Program-made: the position numbers and the translations under genes
The notes under the pieces: generated by a model
What the model was told of the DNA's origin: nothing
The model's input: only the letters and a program-made list of their open reading frames with translations
The model's database searches: none
Part shown: one piece after another, positions 12,001-21,600 of the stretch
How positions within the stretch are numbered: the first letter of the stretch is position 1
Layout: the number at the start of each line of letters is the position of its first letter
Source: Ruditapes philippinarum
Lineage: Eukaryota
Direction: 5' to 3'
NCBI RefSeq assembly: GCF_026571515.1
Contig: NW_026862677.1
Location: 62,001 to 126,000 of the forward strand
DNA length: 64,000 nt

Positions 12001-15000
12001 TAGCTATAGAGACCAGTAAAAGGGGCTAATCAAATTAATATGAGCAAACTTGATAAAAGACTACCCAAGAATGCTACAGACAAAGTTTGGTGATCTTCCA
12101 TCAATTAGTTGTGTAGAAATAGACATTTTAAGGAATTTCTATTTTTAGCTTTTGCGGCCCTTAAAAGGGGCCAATCAAAATAATATTAGCAAACTTGATA
12201 AAAGACTTCATAAGAATGCTACAGACAAAGTTTGGTGATCATCTATCAATTAGTTCTCTAGAAAAGGGGAGATAAATCAGTTTAAATGCAAAATAGAGTT
12301 ATGGAACTTGGTCAGTGACATACAATTATGACCCTTCATGCATATGTAGAGTTTCAAATCAAAATCTCTGATAGTTATTGAGATATGTAAAGCTTACATG
12401 TAAACATTAACCAAGAGACTAAGTAAACAGGGGGGAGATAAATCAGCCTAAATACATGACACAGATATGAGTTCTGTTCAGTGATTATTATTTATGACCA
12501 CAAATAAGTACATGTGTAAAGTTTCAAGTAAATATTTTTGATAGTTCTTAAGACCTTTAACCAAAATTTCTAAGTTTCAAAGGGGCATAATTCTGCAAAA
12601 ATGCAGGCAGAGTTATGCAACTTTGCAAATTGATGTACATTGTTACTATAAAAAAGTATTGTAAATTTCAATTGAATATCTCATGCCATAATTGAAATAT
12701 TTGACTTTACAAAAAACTTTACCAAAATTTCTAAGTTAAAAAGGGACATAATTCTGTAAATATTGTAGGCAGAGTTATCCAACTTGTCAATCTGATGTAC
12801 ATTGTTACTAAAAAAAAAGTATTGTAAGTTTCAAGTAAATATCTCGAGCAATAATTGAGATATTTGACTTTACAAAAAACTTTAACCAACCGACGCAGTT
12901 GCCGGAGAAACTGCAATAGCTCTCGATATTCTTCGAATATGTTTCCTTCAAGTAATAAACATGACAACAAATATTGCACTGGCCATGTTTCCTTCAAGTG
13001 ATAAACATGACAACAAATATTGCAAACACCATGTTTCCTTCAAGTGATAAACATGACAACAAATATTGCACTGACCATGCTTCCTTCAAGTGATAAACAT
13101 GACAGCAAATATTTCACAGGCCATGTTTCCTTCAAGTGATAAACATGACAACAAATATTGCACTGGCCATGTTTCCTTCAAGTGATAAACATGACAACAA
13201 ATATTGCAAAGACCATATTCCTTCAAGTGATAAACATGACAACAAATATTGCAAAGACCATGTTTCCTTCAAGTGATAAACATGACAACAAATATTGCAC
13301 TGGCCATGTTTCCTTCAAGTGATAAACATGGCAACAAATATTGCAAAGACCATGTTTCCTTCAAGTGATAAACATGACAACAAAACTTGCACTGGCCATG
13401 TTTCCTTCAAGTAATAAACATGACAGCAAATAAATCACAGGCCATGTTTCCTTCAAATGATAAACATGACAACCAATATTTCACAGGCCTTCTTACAGTG
13501 ATAAACATGACAACAAATATCTCACAGGCCATGTTTCTTTCAAGTGATAAACATGACTGCAAATATTTCACAGGCCAGGTATCCTTCGAGCGATTAACAT
13601 GACACAAAATATTGCACAGACAATGTCTCCTTCAAGTGATAAACATGACAACAAATATTGCACTGGCCATGTTTCCTTCAAATGATAAGCATGATAACAA
13701 ATATTTCACAGGCAAAGTTTCCTTCAAGTTATGCTATGTTTCCTTCAAGTAATAAACATGACAATAGATATTTCACAGGCCATGTTTCCTTCATGTGATA
13801 AACATGACAGCAAATAAAATACTGGCCATGTTTCCTTCAAGTAATAAACATGACAGCAAATATTTCACAGGCCATGTTTCCTTCAAGTAATAAACATGAC
13901 CGCAAATATTTCACAGACCATGTTTCCTTCAAGTGATAAACATGACAACAAATGTCTCACAGGCAAGTGATAAACATGACTGCAAATATTTCACAGGCCA
14001 GGTTTCCTTCAAGCGATAAACATGACACAAAATATTGCACAGACCATGTTTCCTTCAAATGATGAACATGACAACAAATTAAGTATGGTATCTCTTGCAC
14101 AAAGTTTATCAATTGCCTAAATTTGGAGGTTTTAAGTGTATTCCAGGTCTAATATTTATTCCATCTTCAGATAATACCCTGTTCCCTCTTTATCAAGGAG
14201 TTTGCTGTTTATTTTATGAATCACATACATGCCACCAGATACATGTAAGCCAAAGTATTTAAATACAAGCAAAATTTGGAAAAATTTACTAAGATTTTAG
14301 AAAAGTAAAAAGATTCAAGATTTAAGTAATAATTTACTTGTTATCTGATATTTCAGAATTTATAACAATTTCTACTGCGTTACTAACACAGTAAGGGTTA
14401 TTTTTGCATATTTTTACCTCTTTATGGTAATATACGTGGGTTGCATGTGCAATTGATAATGTGTAAATTGCTTCCTTCTGGTTATCTCAAAATATTATAC
14501 ATCTAAATACATTTTCAAAATTTCATGAAAATAAGCATGAATCTGGAGGCATGCTGCTTTAATCTTCTTCTCTCTTATATTTAGTTATATTTACAAAAAT
14601 TACAGGAAATGAATCATTGATTTCAACAATACAAATTACCCAAAAAGTGATGATAATTTTTTTGTGAATCTGTGTAATAAAGAGGTAGAGTATTTATCAC
14701 AAACTGTGAGTGAAACTTCATTCTGAAAATAAAATAATCATGTTTTTCTTTAACAAATATGTTTTAATACATTATAATATTCTATTTAAATAGACAGAAT
14801 TAAACATATAATCAAGCCTTATATCATCATATGTTTTTTTGACAGAATTTTATAAAATCTAAAAGGTTCATTTTTCAATTAACTCTCATAACAACTGTTA
14901 GAAAAGGAAGTGAGTTATTTCCCTTTCATTTCATTCAAAACCAAAAGAGGAAGTAAACATAGTAAAATTTCCACTAATCTTGTCAAACGGAAAAAAAACA

Positions 15001-18000
15001 AGTTTCAATTGATTATTTCTATGAAATACTTATAAATCCAAGTTTTAAAGTAAGTTTAAAACTTTATTTCATGTTCACAATTTCACATCTACTTGTATAT
15101 AGAATGAATTATGTAAGAAACACAGATATATATAATATATATATCTATATTTAGCTCCATGGTAGGAAAGTAGTTCAGGCAATACTTCAGACAGTGTTTT
15201 AATTTTTATGTCTCCCTTTTATCAATCTCAAAAAAGAAAATATTTGTTTCAATGAATTATGTATCTCAATTAATTAGACATTAACATAATTATGTTTAAC
15301 ATTATAATGTTTATTCACAATTGTCGTGTTATATAAATCTAAATTTCCACATATCTGGTCAAATGAAAAGAAATATTTTCCCTTCATAATTAATTTTCAA
15401 GAAATTTAAAGCAGCACTCCTCCAGATTCATGTTAAAATTTATTAAAATTTTGATAATGTATTTGACAGTAAAATATTGTGAGGTGAACAAATCAAGTTA
15501 TTTACATATTGCAATTGGCACTTACAATCCATGCCAATAACCAAAAAGAGGTCAAAATGTGCAAAAAAAGCCCTTACTGCGTTAGTAAAGCAGTAGAAAT
15601 ATGGTGATAAATTACTGCAAAATCAGTTTTAAATCGCAAATAATATGTAAACTTTAACATTGATATTGATTGTTTTTACCTTTCTTGAAATATTAGTACA
15701 TTTTTCTCAATTTTCATTTTTTTGAAATATTTTGGCCCACCTGGAGGCGTGCAGCTTTAAAAAAATTCAAAGTTATTTTAAACTTTATTTTATATACACA
15801 ATTTTTTGTCATTTGTATTAAATGAATTATGTAAGAAAGTTTTACATGAATAATTGAATTAGTGTTTAATTTAAGTGTCTCTCTTATATCAAAATTCTAT
15901 GAAGAAATATTCAAATTTACGTAATAGAGAAGAAAAAATACCACAACCAAATAAAGAAAAATATGCAATATTCTTGATCAATTGATAACTTTCCGAACTT
16001 ATTTATCTTATGTTTCATAATGTCCAGATTCAGGGTCTCCTGTTCTGTTCTGTTCTAGGACATAAATGACAAATAAGTAACAAGTAGAAGTCTGTGATAA
16101 AATTAATTTGACTGCTTAATGAAATGTTTTTTTCTTTTACTAATATATTACAGAATGTTTCAAGAACCTGACTACAGAGAAAACTTATCCTTGATGTTAT
16201 CAGAGGTTTTACATGACATTGGTGTCAATGAAAGAATAGTGATGAGTAGGAGAAGAGGAAACATGCTGAGAGAGATTATGAGTAATATCCAAAATAGGTT
16301 ATCTGGTCTAAATGTAACTAGCTATAATCTAGGGAGTCAAAGTGAAGGTACAACTACTATTGGACTTCATTCAGACATTGATATACTAGTATGTTTTCAT
16401 GATTGCAATATAATACAAGAATGGTCAGAGTGGGAACCTGACAAGTTAAACTACCTCATGATACATGATGAGAACACTACTCCCGGGTATTGTTTCTTAC
16501 AACTACTCAGAGATGATGAACCTCTTCCTGCAACTGTCATTCCTGATGAACACCATATTACTGATAGAAGAGGAAGAATATTGTATAAAAACACAATGAT
16601 TAATGATTTGCTTCAAGGTGCTGATCAGAAGCATGGACCATCTATTGCTGAACAAGGACAACCTGGATTATGTGATAGAGACAGAGTGAGTGCTTTACCC
16701 TGTAAATCATGGCCTCAATCAGCATCAGGTTGGTTACAAATACAGGGTATTAGCAGATGGCCAACACAAGAGATGAGAAGATATGCAGCAAGTAATGGGT
16801 GTTTTGTTGTTCCAACTGGAAGTAAGGTTAGTGAATATCCTGAATTGGAATGGAGAATATCAACAACATTGGCAGAAAGATGCCTTATGTTCAATCAAAA
16901 TATAACACAAATAAGGTGCTATGTACTATTGAAAATGATTCTTAAGTCATTCCTTAATCCTCAAGATGAAATTAACATATCAAGTTTCATGTGCAAAACA
17001 GTTTTATTACATTGTATAGAAAATACAGAGTCACAAATATGGAAAGATAACAATTTATATACATGTTTAACATACTGCTTATTGGAATTACAAAATTGTG
17101 TACATAATGACTGTTGTTCGCATTTCATTACAACGGAAAACAATTTGATGGCAGGGCAGTTTACAGCTGAGACAAAACATGAACTTTCAAAAAATATTTG
17201 TGATTTTATACAGAATGATAGACAATGGTTACTAAGTATTGATATTGATGATGTTGGTCATAGACTTCAAGTTAAACTGAACAGGGTACCACATAGAATT
17301 TACTATTTTCCTTCTTCCCTTGTAATATATGAAAATGTTAAAACGTTGGCATATATAAACATTGCAAATGACGTAAGTTATCAGCATATGCTTATTTTAA
17401 ATTTTTTACTCAATAAAAACATTAGAACAATAAAACAATCTATAGGTAAAGTAATGACCTTCTGTGACAATGGTACTAGATTAGAACATGCTGCATTCAA
17501 GCTTCTAGCACCTTTCATTTTTACCACATACGGATCTATCCTAGCATCATCCAGCATTGGTGAAAATAATCAAGTGTCACCTCAAGCATTAGTCTGGCTA
17601 TCAGCTGGTTTAAACTCAGATATCTCATCTAGCAGACTTAAACTGGCGTCAGTGTTTTACAGTACAGGAGATATGGAGAAAGCTGACCTAATTCTGAGAC
17701 ACACCGAACAACAATATTACTCCTATCCTGTTTTACCTATCTGTTACTGCCATCATCAACTCCCAGAAGCAGTAACAGCAGAATTCAAGAGGTTATGTAA
17801 TGAACAAAGTGAGGACTGTATCAAACATATTACAGCTTTTTGTGTTAGATTTATACAGAAAGAGATCAACTGTGTTCCTAAAGAACTGCAATATGAAATG
17901 TTCACACATAAGTATGAAGACTGTTGGATGGACTGGGCTGTAGTTGATTCTCTACCTTTCTTATACTTCCTACAATACAAAATCAATCGTCATCTACAAA

Positions 18001-18582
18001 GACATCAAGACCAACAACAAGCACTTTGTAAACTCATAAGAACCTTAGAAACAGATAAAAACCTCAAACATAGAGAAACAGCTCTCAACATTTTAGGACA
18101 ATGTATGGAACAAGAAAACAGACCTCAAGCAGCATTAAAATGCTACATGCTTTCTCTACAACAAAGGGCAAGAAACAATGCAGCAAACTACCATATATGT
18201 AAGCTCCTTTCTGGCTTACTGGTTTGCTAATAAAATGGGATCCAAAAAATTATGAAGACTAGTTTTCAATGATAGCAAACAAATTAAAATGTCAAAATAT
18301 AGGCCTGCCATTACATTTTGTATCACATACTATTTTGAAATACCATTAAACATGTGACATTGAAAGAATGATTCCAACTTCATTGACTTTGAATATGTGA
18401 CTTTACATTTGAGACTTAAGAGCCTCAAGTGAAGATGACAATATTGCTTAAGTTATGCAAATGCATTTTTGTAAATATTAAATCTTATTTTATAAGATGA
18501 AGTTTTTTCCAAGTTTCTTTATACAGTAGTCAAACAGTTTTAACTGTCACCTATATATATACGTGACAATAGAAGACTACAT

Positions 18583-18613
<31 letters not shown>

Positions 18614-21600
18614 CATACATATATATGTATGAATGTATGTATGTATATGAAGTCTTCTTTTGTTAAACTTGTCTATTTACAGGTAAATAGACTTTTGCAG
18701 ATGATGCCATTTTTATTCATATATATTTTCCAATTTTGTGATTTTCATATTTGCACTTGAACTGAGAAATTGTTGGCGCATGCCATGGTTTTGTTGTAAC
18801 GAAGAATAAAAATTTTGGGTAGCCCATACTTGTCTTTTTACAGACCCCACTACCCCAGGTCCAGAACTTACAGCAATGTCAACAAGCCCCTTTGTTTCGT
18901 TTGAGCTGCCACACCTGTATATAACATGACCCTGTCTAATGCACTGGTTGCTATGGAAAGTCAGGAGCCACCAATGTGTCAGGTCAATAAGAACAATGTA
19001 ATGGTCAACTAGAAATGTGTCAATAGGACACGGGTGCCCCCACCGCGCCACTGTTCTGTCAATCTTATGACTCTAGGTCAAATATTTTTTGAAAACTAAA
19101 AATCTTTTACTAAGTAAAGGGCAAGAACTTTACAAATACTGAATTAATCCACAAGCAAACCCCAAGGTGCATAAGTACACATGCTGACCAACATTCTTGT
19201 AAACTTTCAGGCCTACAAGTGAAATACTTTTTGAGCTATGCATGAACAAGTTGAAAATTAAAAATTTAGTGATGTTGATCATTATTCCTGTAAAGTTGGT
19301 TGATTCTAACTCAAGCACTCAAGGAACAAATAACAACATAATGAAACAGTTTTTACTAGGTCAAGGGAAATAACTCTACAAATACTGGATAAATCCACAA
19401 GCGAAACCCCAGGTTCAAAACTAAATATGCTGAGCAACCTTCCTGTAAGGTTTAATGACTCTATGTCAAATCCTTTTTGAGTTACATGCGACACAAGTTG
19501 AAAATTGATGAAATTTTCTAAGTGAAGGGCAATAACTCTAAAAATACTAAATAAATTGAAAATTGCAAAAGTTTACTTAGTCAAGGGCAATAAGTCTAAA
19601 AATACTAAAAATATCCAGACAAAAATATCCAGGTGCACAACTACACATGCTGATCAATATTGCTGTAAAGTTTCATGACTCTAGGTCAAATACTTTTTGA
19701 GTTACATGTGACACAAGTTGAAAATTGCAAAATTTTACTAAGTCAAGGGCAATAACTCTAAAAATACTAAAAATATCCAGACGAAAATACCCAGGTGCAC
19801 AACTACATATGCTGATCAATATTCCTGTAAAGTGTTATGACTCTAGGTCAAATACTTTTTGAGTTACGTGCAACACAAAAGAGAACGGACGGACGGAAGG
19901 ACGGACGGACAAGGGTAAATCTAAATGCCCGCCACTAAAGTTGGGGCACAAAAAAAAGATAACTTAAAGCCATTTTTGGTTATCAAAATAGCAGCTGCTA
20001 ACAACATCAAAATTGCATTAGAATGCCATCACAGATAATGAAGTTGTGCAATAATTTGCTGCTAATTAGTCAGTAAATTCATGATGCAGTTGAATAAACT
20101 TGGTAACCTGGTAACTACACCAAAGGGCATGTAGCACTGGTCTAGTGAACTCTACAAAAGTCATAAAAATCATGCCACTGGGGGTTAAAAATTGCCATAC
20201 CCTGTGGTTACATTGACTTGAAAAGGACACTTTTCAAGAAAATACAAGACCTAAATAAGGTGTACATGATTGTATTTATCAAATTTTATTTTTTTCAACA
20301 AAAAATGTTTGTTTTACACATTTCTGTTTTTAATCTGACACAAATGTATTTTCAAAATTTTATTTTCCTAAAATAGCACATGGTGTATTTCCTCATGGGC
20401 CTCATACTTATTTGAAACTACATCGCTATGTGATAAATTTATTCAGACATATAAATAAATATACAATTCATGTACATGTGTATGAGAATACATGTATATA
20501 CAAAAAGACGGTTCTGGTAATATCCAGTAATAAATGAAATACTAATGTTTCAAATTTATGTTTATTCTGCAAGCACTTTCATCAATTCAGTTATATCTTC
20601 AAGCAACAACATAAATAAACACAAGTTTGATAATAACATAATGTTATAAACAGATAAATATATGTTCCGGTTATATCATTTTGATCTGTAAGAGAAAATG
20701 TCAACCAAACAAGTCAATGTATCTACAATGGGCATTTCACGAACACAGGTTGTGAATTATAAAAAGACTGACCTAATTTTAGTTTTCTTTGCTCTTTTTT
20801 GATCCTTGGCTACAAGAGCATTGTCTTCCTCCGGTACTATGCGTTTAATTCTATACTTCAACACATTTTCCTGTGCTTTATTCACACGTAACTGCTCATA
20901 CTGTTTCTGTCTCTGGGCTCTGTTGCCGAACCCAAAGCCCTGCAAGGCATATCACAAAGGTATAACAATATTAGCCCTTTAAGCTCAAGCTTACGTTAAG
21001 ACTTACCTATGCTACATGTACTATACTAAATTTATTCAACTCATTCAATAAATCTAGTATTAAAACCTGATATGCAATATCATGCAACTAGTTCAATAAA
21101 TTATTATATATTAACAACATAGTTTTGCATTCAATTATGAATCAAAAGCATTCCCATATTATAGCCTATATATCACATACAGTGTACACACAAATTAACT
21201 GTTTACAGTAAGAAAGAAAATTAATTAATTGACATGCTTATAAATAGTTTAAAAGTCACATTTAGCATGTTTTTATGCTATTTTTGTAAAATTCAAATGA
21301 TTAGTGAATCATCCTTTTCATTAAAGATCCTGTAACTCAACTTTTTATGGTTTAATATCATAAATCTATTGCTCAAATGAAGATCTATCAATATTGTGGT
21401 TCCAAAAAGCATTATTTTTAAAGATATTACTGAATTTACATTTCAGGTTTATAAAGGGAGGTAATTAGAAATTTATTTTCTATAAAGTCCAAGTCAAATT
21501 TTTCAATAAGAAATGAATGCATATATTTTAATGATTACATAATTATAATGTGGACAAATATTTGCAGTACATATTTTACATATTCTTCGATGTTTGAAAA

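Noticed and set aside
12941-14078. CRISPR-like array of regularly spaced repeats
   Set aside because: Contiguous 46-bp tandem units with no unique spacers, no cas genes, and a eukaryotic intron context: a minisatellite.
16119-16154. ORF-track N-terminus MKCFFLLLIYYR as a signal peptide of the cGLR
   Set aside because: It is the polypyrimidine tract and acceptor (TTTTTTTCTTTTACTAATATATTACAG) of the upstream intron; the likely start is ATG 16155.
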